A stretch of DNA of 62,210 bases, the filler included, from Sphacelaria rigidula (lineage: Eukaryota): the NCBI GenBank assembly GCA_964200075.2. It is 11 parts of 11 records of this genome, joined end to end, with 100 filler letters (N's around TTAATTAATTAA, not from the genome) between each part and the next. Parts side by side here need not be neighbours in the genome. Positions count along the whole stretch, not along the records: positions 11,331 to 16,895 come from CAXNAA020026286.1; positions 16,996 to 22,560 come from CAXNAA020026287.1; positions 22,661 to 28,225 come from CAXNAA020026288.1; 8 more parts are not named here. One strand, written 5' to 3'. Of this stretch, positions 13,551 to 27,001 are shown in pieces (the stretch's first letter is position 1; each line of letters opens with the position of its first letter). The position numbers and the translations under genes are program-made. Under the pieces are notes generated by a model. It made no database searches. It saw nothing but the letters and a program-made list of their open reading frames with translations, and had not been told where the DNA came from.

Positions 13551-13906
13551 GTTTCGATTTTCTTGTGTTCCTTCTTGATCGTTCTCCATTCTCCGGTCTT
13601 CTTCAGCGGGCACCCCAGGATCGACGTTTGTCAAGACCGTTCGGACCAGTCCCTGCAGGGACCGCGCCCCAAACCCTACATTAACCCTAGTACTGACCCC
13701 AACCATTGGGATGTTTAAAATCCGATGCATTCCAGATAGCACGCTGTCCTCCCACAATTTCACCTCGGACTGCCAGACTAGCCCTAAACGTTGCGTTCGC
13801 CGTTTGCCGCCACATTTTCCCGTCGCATGAGGTACCACTGGCTCTACGCATGATAGCATAGTATGACTCCGGTGGGTTGCAAGACGCCCGATCGCTCAAT
13901 ACTCAC

Positions 13907-14790
13907 TACGCCGCACCCATGTGGCTAGCAGTGCCCGCGTGGAGTCTACTTGCATCGGTTCAGAGTACTCAAGGTGTTTGCGCGCGCACGCCTTCGTCGC
14001 CTGCGGTGGTGCTATATTTAGTTTAGCGATAGAACCCGGCATGCAAAACCATGTCCGTCTAACTACCTCCGGTGCCGGCACACCACGCGCCAAACCATGC
14101 CCGAAAATGCCGAAAATGACGAGGAACGGCTGTGATCATGTCGAACATTATGGACTCTTGAAGCGCGTATTTTTCAGGAATCACCGCACCAACGGGATAT
14201 ACTTCACGAGTGATCTACCAAGCCTATGTTTGGATGCTGCTCCTCCCCCGCTTACCAAACCCCCGTCACCCGCAGGCCCCTGTCCCGTCGCAGGACGCTT
14301 ACTGCCTTCGTGCTGCCTTTTCCCGGCTCTTGAAACTACACTCCTGCGATCCTTCGTTGACACGCCAGTCACCTGCGTCGTGGTGAATAAAATCAACGAG
14401 CCGTTGTCTTGAACAGTTAGAAGAAAAATATCGCTGCAGCAATGCTCCCATCGCGAACGGGAGATACCTCGATGCAGGGGCTTTTACACCTGAGGAATAT
14501 GTGTACAGTACTCGGAACAAGCTTTCTCGGTGACCTCTCGCGTCAATGACGCTGGCGCTGTGGATGATGATGGCGCCCTTGTTGACGGTAAGGAAGTGCT
14601 ACCATGTCTGGATTCAGAATCCGCTAGGAGAGTGACGATGCCGAGGAAATCACCGCTCAGCTCGCCGTCATGAGAAGATGCGATCCCGTCGTCACTCGGT
14701 GTTCAGCCCTCCCTGTAATGTGACGTGTTGGCAGAGGTGCACACGATGGTGACTGGAGAAGCGTCACCATGTGAATTTCCTACTCTTGAC
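13907..14790 (-). pseudogene. Degraded spliced gene fragments. Candidate exons ~14490-14790 (contains an in-frame TGA), 14256-14372 and 13907-14000
   Basis: Phase-0 GT-AG joins give ...EYCTHIPQ|VTGVSTKDRR...GDGGL|ATKACARKHLEYSEPMQVDSTRALLATWVRR. The upstream part is interrupted by stops. Confidence 0.35.
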
Positions 14791-17700
14791 TAGCGAGTGC
14801 AGACCTGACCATGTGCCACACGATCATGGGAGCGCAGGGAAGGCGAAAAGCAGCACGCCGTTGCTTCGTTGACCAGCATGAGAATACTCGTGAAGCAAGA
14901 ACTGGTGTTGCGGCATGTGCGTATGGATACTGCGCATGAAGGTTTCGATGCAGCCAGCGGCAGCACCGTCCCTACTTATAAACCCGGTGAAATACGACAG
15001 CGCAGGCACACTCATTATACTTCCCGGTCTTGTGAGGGATGCAGTGCTGCTCAGTGAACATTGTCGACAAGACCTTCCCGTATCACAATACAAGCTGCCA
15101 CGATTACCAACGGCGGGCAGCCTTGACACCAGCGGTGCTTTCTGTGCTGCTCAAGCAAGCCTCGAGTTTGTTACATATTCACCCTGGAACTGTTTGTTGA
15201 CGACTCCCCTGCCTAATTCACCCTAGACGTGAGCTTAGGACTTGAAAACCGGCAGACAGGAAGGATACTGCGGTATCATGGAAGCGCAGCTGTGACATCA
15301 AAACATCACGGAAGTAGGGGGCCTACTTCTCGTAGTATGCTGTTCATAGGGCTCGTCGAAGAAAACGCTGACTTGTGTTGGCAGATGCTTCATGTTCCTC
15401 CATTCGGTGCCCATCAATCCTTGCGCCTCGTGCACAAGTACGCCCGCGTCCGCAGAGACAGCAATGAGAGTGCTATCTTGGCGACTGTTGCCTGCTTGTC
15501 AATTGTTTTGCACGCAAACAAGAGGAAACACGCCATGAAATTGATCAAGTTGGGGAGCCCGAGCCTAGCATTTTGACTCATAGAGTGCGTCCTTGGTTGA
15601 ATGAGCTTTGTGTCTCTTCATGCATTGAAGGTGAGACTCACACCCACCCTGACGGTCAAAGAATGAATCATTAAAATAAAGTGTCAGCACACGTTTGTTT
15701 TGTCATTCCAGAGTGCAAATATCTCAAGATCAGAGTGCAGAATAAAAACTAAAACTCATCGAAAAAGAGCGGAGGGGATACTACATTTGACGGAGGAAGG
15801 GGGTACAATGTTTCGTTACACTCTGATCCTGAGATATTTGCACTCTGAAATGGCAAAAAAGAGTTTTCCGAAACTCTCTAGTTGCTGTTGCTAGTGCTTA
15901 CTGCCCCCTGGTTGTTGTCGACTGTCGTGTTGTTTTCGTTTGACAATATTATTTTCGATACTAACCCTACCAGCACCGTCGCCTTGCCAGCGGCAGCAAC
16001 AACAACGACCACAACGACAGTCATTCCTTATGAATACATCCACAGCAAAGCAGAGTTGTAGGAATAGCACCTACGGACAGCGCAGGAGGCTACAGAGTAC
16101 TCGACGGCACTGTACTACTAGAGGACCCCGTGAATTTAATTCAAAGCATCATGGGCGCAAACTTGAACTTTGATCTTTGTTTTTTCTCGGGGGGTGGTAT
16201 CTAGGAAATACCGTACCACTGCCCCAAGGTGCATTATCGTACCACCACCCCAAAGTACATTATCGTACCACTACCCCAAAGTGCATTACTTGCACTCCAG
16301 TATAAGGGTGTCAGCGAAAGTTCAACATTTGACTTTGGACTGCAGAAGACCAAACCGCTATTTGTACAGCCATCCAATTTACCGAATTTTCCATGGAGCC
16401 ACTGATCACTTGGATCAAGTATGGTCGTTAGTAATTACATGAATACGGAATAGTCTATCTGTATCTGAGACAGTAGCTAAAACTACTTGACTGTAGACTA
16501 CATAGTGTGTGTTATCGTCCCATCTATTCTGGAGGCCGGTCTACACCTTTAGGTATATGTAGGCGCAACAGCCGGGGTCACACACGAGGGAGGTCAACAC
16601 AGAAGCGTTATTTTGTTTTAGAACTCCACCTTCCTTCTGCGGTGCTTGTCTTTGTTTTTTTCTCGCGAGAGGGGTTCAGCTGTCCATTTCCCTCGTCGAT
16701 CCTCAAACAGCCTGGGCCCGTTTCTGAGGTGCAACATTTGGGTGAGGCTCAACTCGAAAACATTGCTTTTTCTGACCTAAAACATGACCAATGAGTTTCA
16801 TTTGGACGACCTCATGAGGGTTGTCTGTTGGAAATATGCACAGCCTGGCTGCTTGCATTGTGTGAGTTTTTACTCTGTAGCAAATTAGCGGGACANNNNN
16901 NNNNNNNNNNNNNNNNNNNNNNNNNNNNNNNNNNNNNNNTTAATTAATTAANNNNNNNNNNNNNNNNNNNNNNNNNNNNNNNNNNNNNNNNNNNNGATTG
17001 TTTGCGATCGCCAGCGGGGTAAGTGTTGGGTTGGGTTTCCTCCTTCCATCAAGGAAAACAAAATGCCGGGATGGCTCATGCAGCATATCTTTTGTTGAGG
17101 AAGCGAACAGTTTACATGAACCAGTGAGCGCTCAATGGTTCAATGGGTAAACTGTTCGCTTCCTGAACATGTATTTCGTCGGCAACTTTCCTATACGCTT
17201 GATGGGTCTGAGTTGGGAATGAATAAATGTATTTTGTTGGCTAAACTCAAACTAGGTGATTCGCCGAAAACACGGGCTAATAACCAATCTTCTGCTAGTC
17301 ACTACTATCTATTGAATTCTCACGACGCCTGCCACGCACATGATTCGTGCCCTCTTCTTCCGGCATGGTTTGCATACCACCGGTCACTAGTTGCTCTGCG
17401 AGCACGTATGCACCTCCGCTAGTGTAAGCGTCAACGACGGTGCAGGCGGGATACAAAGGCTTTTAGGGCGCAGTCGTCTAGTTCGCCATAAGCGCGTTGG
17501 GTAAACGCAAGCTGGACGGGTTCAAAATGCCAACTCGGCTGCTCAACCATGCCAAGTTGCCACGATCCTGTGAGCTAAAAAGGCACAATTTGCGAAAATT
17601 TTGCAGCGACCGAGTGTCTGATATGCGTCTAAAACAGCGCCATCCTCCACGGGACTGTCGGGAGCCGCAGCAGACTGCGGATGATAAAATGGTTGAGCTT

Positions 17701-17869
17701 TCAGATATGGTAGGTACGGTGATCGACAGCTCAACCAGGCGTGGGTATCTGGGGGCTTCGTATTTCTGTATGGAAAATGAAGAACCACGTGACTTTGTGA
17801 AAGACGAGCACTTACGGCGAACGTTGTGTCGGTACACTGCCCGGCATGATATGAATAGCAGATAAACCT

Positions 17870-18093
17870 TGCATCCCGTTCCCTTTTCTTCTTTGCCCGT
17901 TTACCTTTTTTTGTTACGACTTAGTATGCTATGCCGTTCTGTTCGACCCTCCCCCCCCCCTTTTTTTTCTGTTCCTTCTTTTTCTCAGAGCGTGTTTCAG
18001 TTTCGTTTTTCTTGGGGACGTCTATCATGAGAACACGGCTGGACCCCTGGGGGGTCAGTTAAAGTGCGACAATCGATGAATCAATCAATCAGT
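17870..18093 (+). mobile_element. LINE/SINE-like 3' end with (TCAA)n tail, family C. Other copies at 30520-30756, 49985-50239 and 10480-10560 (-)
   Basis: Shared pyrimidine-rich stretch followed by ...cac.gctg....c.tgggg..tca.ttaaagtgcgacaa(tcaa)n. Three copies are clear; the 10480-10560 copy shares mainly the terminal aaagtg.gacaa(tcaa)n. Confidence 0.7.
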
Positions 18094-18538
18094 CATGCGT
18101 GGCATGCCAGCCTTCGATTGTACAGTTTCTTTTCTGCATGCCTTCGTTTTACAACCCTTCACGCCCGACCAACACGATGCATGCCTCTTGCATTCCATTG
18201 CAAACTCTTTACACGTCGGACAGCGCATGAGCTACCTGGATATCACTTCTTATTAGAGCACTGATCCGAATCATGAGCTAGCTCATTTGACCACCACTTC
18301 CGTATTACCTACGGACACCGATGGACACCGAGCGCGCCGTGTAGCGAGAAGGTCACGCTGGTTTCTCGGGCACTGCTGTCACGTGTTTTGTGTTCTTGTA
18401 CAAAGGATCTGACGATTATCTTCGATTATGTAATAGTCATCTCAGGCAGCTCATGAGCTGTCCGGCGTGTGAAACTTTTCGCAAACTAGACGCCGTGGGT
18501 CACTGTTGCCCTGTCCCTCTGCTGACTTCACGCGGCAG

Positions 18539-21043
18539 GGTATTCGAGCTGTCCTACCGAGTGCGAGTCTATCCCGACTGTCGGTGCCGGTCCTCAAGTC
18601 CATGCTGCAGAAAAGCATCAGACGTCGCAGAGCAGAGGCCGCCGTTCGGTGTGCGCTCGAATTGGCGCTAAAAAGCTGGAATGATGCGATTCGTAGGTGA
18701 GATACACTTGCAGACGAGCGTCTAGTATATGTACACTAGATCCTCGACACCATGTCAATGCCATTTCGTTTGCGGAGATCAAGGTGCGCTTGGAAGAATA
18801 GGGGGAGCTTAGTGTCGCGCTCAGTGTCGTACGCATGAGCGGCATGTCATCATTGATTGTGCTCTGTCTCGTTCCGCTGTGCTATCAACAGGATGACTTC
18901 ACGTGCCCCCACTGGTTCACGTTGGTCTCACTACACGACCTTTGACAAGTCCGCTTCTCCAGCAAGTCCAATCATCCACCGATGCAACATCAAGTTTGAT
19001 TTAACTTGCAATTTTCGCCCAACAATGATGCCGTTGTGCGCACTGTACAGAATTCTGGTTATCGTCGCTGAGGATTCTTTTCTGCACCCCGCAGCCCCGC
19101 TCCTCGGGTGGCTCATGGTCGCCACGTCGAAAGGCTACCGACCACCGCCTTGCTTCGTGGATGTCTTCCTCTGCACGGTGTACGAGATCGCCAAATGCCC
19201 CGTGCGAGATTCCACGGATTCCTGTCGCACGACAAAACCCGTGAGCGGTGAAGCCGAGAACTGCATGGACGACAAATTTGCGCCACCACACCCTCGAGAC
19301 ATGGTTGCTCCGATCCACACGGCAGGGACCAGAACTGTGAGGGAAAGTAATATCAGACATGGGGCCCGGTATAAGGGGTGTCGCTTTTGTTGCCCTCACT
19401 GGCAGACGTTCAGTCGTGGAAGTAGTTATGCGCACGTCGCATCTTCTGCTTTCTTGTTTTTTGCTTCTTTGTTTCACGCGAGCCGACAACTAATGGCTCT
19501 TAAAACGGTTCCGAAAAACTAACGGTCAAGAACCACGTAGACGTTGACGTAGATTACGCATATTCGGAGGCTCATTTTCCGGTCAGTGCGTGTAAGGTGT
19601 AGCTCCAAACTGGCAGAACCTGCAATATTGTTGTGCGGCCGTAACTCATGAGCACTTATCGCGTTCCGCTTGTGGCTTGTCGCTACAAAGGCACCCACCA
19701 CTCACGGAGCACCGGCTGGGGAAAACAAAGGTTGTGCCAGGACGGTAGCAAAACCTGAAGCCAATGCTGCAGAGGATACGTGCAGAGGCGTTGTGGCTAC
19801 GAAAAAAAATCGACATGCCACTCAGTCTGCAGATGAGGCTGATGGAAAACTCGCTGCAGCTGTCGCGGCGGGATTCCAGGTCGCTTGCTGCCGCCGAGCG
19901 CTTCTCATGCGCATGGCTTACGGTGGCATGGCATTCGATCAAGCACTGCTCAAGGGGAGCGTCTTGTCGTGGGGCGAACGGTGTGGGCATGTTCCACAGT
20001 CTCCACGAGAATCCCCGACTACTACCAAGAGCTTCAATAGTATTGGTGGACGTACATCGGGGTTTGCTCCACCTACACCACCAGCGCTACCTATGTCCGT
20101 GAACGACAATGCTAGTGGTCATGGTATGGTGGAGCCCTTCGGCTACATGCACCACAGTGTGAAAGTGGCACATACGGGACACGCTTGGACGACCTTTTTG
20201 CTGACCTCTTACATTGGGTGTGGCATGCCTGAGCCCCTAAGGTCGCAGCTTGTAGCGCATGTGGAGGGGGGTGACGTTTCTTTGATTTCGAGCGGCGCCA
20301 TCCATCCGACAGGAAGGTCGAACCCCCCGGAAGTTGGATCTTGTCACAAGATACATGAGTCTGCTTACCCGAAAGCAGGTGGAACATGTGGAAAGGGAAC
20401 GCCACCATCATTAGTCGAGTCGTGCAAATCACCAGACGTCGCAGCAGATTCAACAGACGACGGGAGCGTGGCCGGAGGGTTGAGAACGGAGGTTCGTGGA
20501 TCGCCCGCTTCCAGACAGTCGACACTCGGTCCTATCATTCGCGAGGCCGACGCTGTCCTCAGCGGGGTCGATTACCACTGCAGCAGTGTCATAGAAGAAG
20601 TGCTGCGGCCAGCGGTAGTGCGTGATAGAGTCGAGCGAGCCTTACAGGGAGCTGGTCGTGTTGTAGGTTGTGGTCTTCACTGGGGTCTCGATGATGGGCC
20701 CACAAGCTACGGTGGTCGATTGACCAACGAGCGCATCGAACAAGCCGCGAAGCGAGCCATGTGGGAGTGCTCTGGTGGGCTGAACACACGTAAGCTCCAA
20801 CTGACATTCGTGTGGGATACTTGTCGCAACAATGGTTGCTTGAATCAAGCTCAGGCTGTCCTTCTGGACGTGGAGGGTGACGCTGGTCCGTCATCTTGCG
20901 TAGACGCCAGTGTATGGGCGGCGCTTTCCGATGATGTGGTATTGTGGACGCGAAGGTTTGTACACGCAAAACTGGCCCCTGGCGCGTTAGGTCGAAGCCC
21001 GAATTCATTGCCCCCCAAGCAGCAAAACGCTTCTATGGCGTAG
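18539..21043 (+). CDS. Conserved uncharacterised protein ('LKSxLQKxIRR ... ED ... W-L-M-x-A-x-SKG ... DYHC' family, MgsA/RarA-collar-like helices), 5' partial. Exons 18539-18696, 19051-19336 (donor tentative) and 19691-21043
   Basis: Splicing gives [27 protein letters not shown]...[17 protein letters not shown]...[11 protein letters not shown], then [21 protein letters not shown] and [13 protein letters not shown] in a long final exon. The first junction is phase-consistent (AG|A). Confidence 0.75.
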
Positions 21044-23575
21044 GTCTAGCTGTGCATATCGCTCACATGACTCATTTTTGCGGGGTATTTCTGTATTCGA
21101 TCAATGTATATAATATGCCTGTTTCGACGGCTTCAGAACATCAAGAAAAAAAGTAATTTCAATGAGAGCTCAGAAGCACCAACCTGTAGGTAAATATGGA
21201 GTTTGTCGAGGGGTAGACTTGAAAGGAGGGCGCCGACGTCGTGTGATGGTAAGTCCATTCCTGTGGTTGATTCCGACCAGCCACGTGAAGGATCCTTCTT
21301 TGAACACTTCGGCAGAGATGCGTGATATCTTAATATGACTTTTCGCGTTTCATTCAGAGGTGAACCACCTCAACGCCCGCCCCTCGAGCTGCCACACACC
21401 CATTGGCTCGGAAGTACATTGGCGGCGAGGCAGACCACGGCGTGCGCCTTTCGCCACATAGCGTATCGGCCGACATCTCACCCTTCATCGGCAAACACCA
21501 CATTCCTCCCCCAACCCTTTGGGAAATCTCTCCTTCCATCCCCAGGCCAAACGCCTCATAATTTCAGACCCTGACAAAGAAAAAAATATGGAAACAGAAG
21601 AGACCAACGGCAACCATTTTTACGGCGAATGGCAACACAAAAATCCACCCGCATACGTCGTGCGCTCACCAAAAACGACTTCCCGGTGCGGTCGGATTAG
21701 TTTTGTTCAATGAGGGGACGCAACGGGTCAAGTGCGTTAAACTTTGTGTACACAGTCAAAATAAGCACTCGCGAACCTGAACTCCAAACATGCAAAAAAT
21801 CGGCACCACCTGTCTATTTTCTATATACTGAGTCCCGTGCTGCACTTGAGCACAGTGCTTTATGGATCTGAAAAAATTTACCTCGGGCTAAAACTTTTGC
21901 GTGAAAGCTGTAAAAACTTGACCATGTGTCGCTCAATAAGCAGCACCTCGAAATCCACACTTTTCAATCGCCAGTTCCAAAGGGGTTGGAGCAATGTCAC
22001 GGTAGTGGTGAACTTTTTCTTTTCTTTTCTGAGGCTCCTTGTTGTAGAAGCCTCTCGATGACAAACATCTGGGTCCTAGTGCACCCCTACCGTGGCATCA
22101 CGCGTCGATTGAGATCGCTCCTCGGACACCCAATGTTCGTGTTGAATTCCTGCCAGGTGCAAATCAACATCCCTTGCTCAACTGGTGCCGCGTCGGTAGC
22201 GTATGTACAAACGGTTTACATGTTGACAAACCGAACGATATAAGGTATACAGTTACATGGGGTGTGCCCTTCGTAGCTGGCTTCGTATAACATGATATCC
22301 GAAACAAATGTACAAAAACGTGATGATAACCACTGTCGCTCTGTATGTACAGCACGTTCACATTTTCTTTACAGGTACGCACGACTCCAGTGAAACACCC
22401 ACTATTGAAAGGTAGATGCTGCAACCAGTAACGACTTATTCCTATGGCACTGTCGAGGCTATGCGCACGATTGACGGTCTAGGCATGAGTGATGCTACGG
22501 TAGGGGTACAGAAATAAATTCTGTGGTTAGAATTGTTAGGAGCCCCTTATCTAATCCAAANNNNNNNNNNNNNNNNNNNNNNNNNNNNNNNNNNNNNNNN
22601 NNNNTTAATTAATTAANNNNNNNNNNNNNNNNNNNNNNNNNNNNNNNNNNNNNNNNNNNNATGCGAGGTCAATGTTCTTATGACCATGGCATGCATGATC
22701 ATGAGTACCCCCCCCTCCCCCCGCCCTATCGTAGAATGACTCTAAAGCAAATTTTCTTACCGCGGTGCTCCCTTTTTTTCCCCCGGTTGTACTTCGGTCG
22801 TGATGGGCTGGAGTCGTGCCGAAAGAGTCACGAGCATGAGGGAATGACGACATGGTGAAGGGAGGGTCACTGGAATATATCATGGTTTCGTTTGTACACA
22901 CCAATTCTCGAAGCAACTGGAGGAGTGGACCTTATTTTCTTTTTTCAGTGCTATCTGTAGCACTGTAGCATGGGCGTAGGGGGTGTACTCATGATCATGC
23001 TTGCCATAGTCATCAGACCATTGACCTCGCTAGCATGGGCGTAGGGGGGGGGGGGGGGGGCTCTGCGTGCCTGCTTTCCAGCGTCGGCCAACATTGTGTA
23101 AAGAAGAGTGGTTAGCCGACCCTTACCCGGTTTTATGGGAAAAGGGTGTAGATGGTATATCATGCTTTTCCGCAGGATTTTACCCCGGAAATGAGAATTG
23201 GACAAACCAATGAACACTCCAGTGAGGACGCGTGCTCTTGCTGGGCGGGAAATCACACCTCTTCGTTATGTGCGGACGACACCTCCGTTGACCTTACTGT
23301 ACACATACGATATCCAGTTGAAGACGAAAATATAGGGGTACCCTTCCTTGCGTTGTTTCACCTCACATGCACATGACATTTCGAAATGCTTGTCACACAC
23401 ACCATCTGCTGTCCGTATCACGAGCTGAACATGCCTTTGGCTCGATCCAGCGGCTCGACGGTAGCTCCTGACATAAAACCTCCCTGTGTCGTACGTGCGT
23501 CAAATATGCTACACGATACTATCACTATCGTACTCTCAACTCGAACGTCAATCTGCTCGATATATTCCCTCGCAG

Positions 23576-24501
23576 ATAGGATGCCTTTCGAAGCTGAGCA
23601 AGCTTTCACTCAGCGGGAACAATATCAAGGTGAGCGATGCTACTATCATGGAAAAAAAGACAAGCTCTTATTCTGGCAGACGGCGCCGAACAAAATTTCG
23701 TTCGCATTTTGTTTTTCGCACAGCTACCTCGTGCGGAAATAATAATAATAATAATAATAACCTCATACAGGGTACCGAGAGTGATACGCTCTCCGACGGT
23801 ATTATTTTTGACCTCGGTTATTACGTTCCGAGGCTCTCCCTTAAGTCGCGGAGCATGCTTATCACCCTCCTCGTCGATAAACCCCTCCTCGTTACTGAGC
23901 ACTGCTAAGCTTGGTTTCGTTTCGGGTCTAGGATGTACATAGCGGAGGGTACATAAAATAGGGTGCATTCTACCCCTGGTTTTACTGTCAACCTTGGTTA
24001 TCCTTGTTAACACAAGACCGCATTGCCACGAAAACCCCGTTTGCCAAACAACCTCGACGATATACTTCCGAAGGCACGCAAAGTTTGACCGTGTGACCGT
24101 ACGGCCAGCCTTCCTCAGTTCTAGATGAATCGTTGGGGGTAAAAATTTGCCGCTGCGGTCAACATACCATCCGTGGGCCCGCTACTGAGAAACTCATCAC
24201 TTTCGGCTGAGGCTGCAAACCTCATCGTAGACGTTGCCCACGGGCACAATTCCCTGAATGACTCCTTGGATGCTACCAGCTGAGTCGGGCAGTTTCTTTC
24301 ATCTCCGTTTCATAGTTCATGTAGCATTTCGCTTTCACCCCATGCTGCAGCATGTATCATCCTACTCTCTTGCACCTCATACGAACAGAGACCAACTCGT
24401 CCGGGCTGATCAAAGTTGCGAAAATTCAGAAGGGGCACCCTTCCCGTCTTACTTTTGGAGGGTTGGACATTCGCCCCTGCCCACCCCATGAAACCACTCC
24501 T

Positions 24502-24555
<54 letters not shown>

Positions 24556-25059
24556 TGCACCCGTTTGGCATTCGTTCATTTCCCATTTTGCGGGCAACAT
24601 CTGGGAACGAGTTTCCTGGGGGAGAATTCATCTAAATAGAAAATAGTGGGGCTCGAATTCGTATCAGCCGGTTTATTGCTCGCGGATCCCGGACTTTACC
24701 TCGCGGCCAAGTCATATAATGAAGCCTACAATATCCAACCCCAATACCGCGGCACCTCTGGGTCGTCTAGGGGCGTATGGAGAACAACCAGATGTTGGAC
24801 GGACTCGGTCGGTCCACCGGCCGGTCAAGATACGAACGAGCGCAACGGTCACGGTGATGAAGTGCCGAGTGTTATGCGTGAGGTTCTAGAGTACGATGAG
24901 AGAACAAAAACGTGACCGGGCGAAACACGCACACGATCACACGCATCATAAACACTAGAGTGTCTCGCCTCACAGCCGCTGTATGCACATGAGATTTCTT
25001 GTGCGGTTCCTTGTATTGACAGGTTGCGTTGCGTGAAAACCAAATCAATGCCCTGAACG

Positions 25060-25098
<39 letters not shown>

Positions 25099-27001
25099 AA
25101 CAAAGGCCCTCCCTACCCCCACCCCAGCGGCCCGCCGGTCACACTCCCCCCCCCTGGCCTCCTCTCGTCNNNNNNNNNNGAAGCAAATATTTTTTTGTTG
25201 TGTTTTTTTTTTCACTCTTGGCTTTGTGAAAACCAACAAAACACACGCCCAACCCCCCCCCCCCCCCCCCCCCGCGCTCCCCCGAAAGAAAATGATTGGT
25301 ACGTTGTCTTCAAAGCGCGGTGTTCCATTGTATCCTTACCCGGCTTCTGACGTTGCTCTGACGCTGCTACATCAATAATACACAAACAAAATCTTAGGCC
25401 CTCCCTCCAGAGATCGGGACTTGTGGCCGCTTGGCGGAGCTCTACATCAACAACAATCAGAAGGTACAGGAGCGGAGTGGTTTTTCTACGTCAGCCCTCT
25501 GATGCCCCGCAAAAGTACATGATAATAATTGCAGGATCTTCAATCCTCTCATTTCGAAAGACTTCCGCGCTGGCGAAAGCTAGTGTGAACTATAGCCCCA
25601 CCTTAGGGTTGCCGAAACACCCATATTATACCGCGGGAATCGTTTTTCTCTTGTTTTCGCCGAGCATTTAGGTCATTTTCCACTACCTGAGAGATGAAGT
25701 GATGCTACACCAATTATGCAGCAGTTCGTGGTTTCGTACGTTAATTATTTTTCGAGCGTGTATCTTGATCCGACAGCACACACGATCCGGATTTCAACAA
25801 CCGCACACAACGTGCATTTGCTAAAAAAGCGATAACACGGAATTTTCCAATTTGAGGATGGATTTTTTAATGAGGATGAGAACCCGGAGAATACAAACTG
25901 TCGTATCCACACCAAATCTTCGAAATATAGTTCCACTCCTTCACCTCCTGGTAGCTATTGACAACTACTACACGCCATACAAGTTTGGATTCCGATAACC
26001 GTTTTGTTGGGGTCCTAGGCGAAGAAAGTGTTATAGGGAATTTCGATGACCCGACCAGATCGCCGAAATCCCCCCAAATTGGTTTTTCACCTAGGACCCC
26101 AGCATTTCGGTTAACGAAGTCCACGTTTGTATGGTGTGTAGCAGTTGTCAATAGCTACCGGAAAGTGAAGAGATGGAACCATATTTCGAAGATTTGGTGT
26201 GGATTCGAAGATGTTAGTTCTCCGGATTTCTCATCCTCGAAAAAAAACCATCCCCAATTTGTGAAATCCCGTGTTCAATGCAGTCCGGATCTATGCACCC
26301 CTAGAACCTCCACTTCCTCCTCGTCCCTGCACGCGTCTTTTTGTTTTCCGCAGTTTTCGTCGCTGCCGCCGTCCATGAACAAGTTGAAAATGCTGAGGGA
26401 ACTGTCAGCGCGCCGGTGAGACAGGTCAACGAGGTGTCGATATACCGTTCTTGATCTGTCATTATTCTTCTGCTCCGTCTTCTTCTTGCCTCCTGATGCC
26501 GGCAGACTCACAAATGGCTCTCGGGAATTGCGAAAACATTGGGTCACATGCATAACCTCAAACAAAATAGAAGCAGACAAGGACTCATGTAGCGTGCGCC
26601 GATACTCAACACACTGCAAAACCCCCGCGCACACACACGCACACTTAGGCATGAGTGGTGTTGGGATCTAAGCGACTATCATGGGGTTTACACAAAATTC
26701 TTTTTCAGTTTGAAGAAGCAGAGGATACCTAGATTCAGTTGTCATCATGATAGAACCAGAATTTCGGGCTAACTTGCCGTCGCTGTAATTCTGGCGGTGA
26801 CGCAGATGCAAGGCGCTAAAGTCGTTGCCGTTCGAGATCGCTAGCTGCGAAAACTTGCGGGAGTTGGACGTTCGATCTGACAAGAAGCAAACGTGCAAGA
26901 TGACCCCGGAGTTTGCCACCATGCTGAAGGAAAGGCGTTGCAATATCAGGGGAGGCGTGGTGAAGAAGGGGAAGGGTGGAAAGAAGGCCTCTGCCGGTTG
27001 A
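23576..27001 (+). CDS. Leucine-rich repeat protein, 3' part. Exons 23576-23629, 25398-25463, 26354-26415 and 26806-27001
   Basis: GT-AG, in-phase splice gives IGCLSKLSKLSLSGNNIK-ALPPEIGTCGRLAELYINNNQK-FSSLPPSMNKLKMLRELSARR-CKALKSLPFEIASCENLRELDVRS...KKGKGGKKASAG*, with LxxLxLxxN repeats. Confidence 0.88.
24503..24550. repeat. (CA)n microsatellite in an LRR intron
   Basis: Direct inspection. Confidence 0.95.
25834..26275. mobile_element. Fold-back MITE-like element, copy 2, in an LRR intron
   Basis: Termini aacacgg...ccgtgtt, long inverted arms, homologous to 4210-4638. Confidence 0.85.

Noticed and set aside
23576..27001. Possible ROCO-type exon-shuffling LRR array
   Set aside because: Exons are 54, 66 and 62 nt with mixed phases rather than uniform one-repeat cassettes, and the protein ends without a ROC/COR domain.
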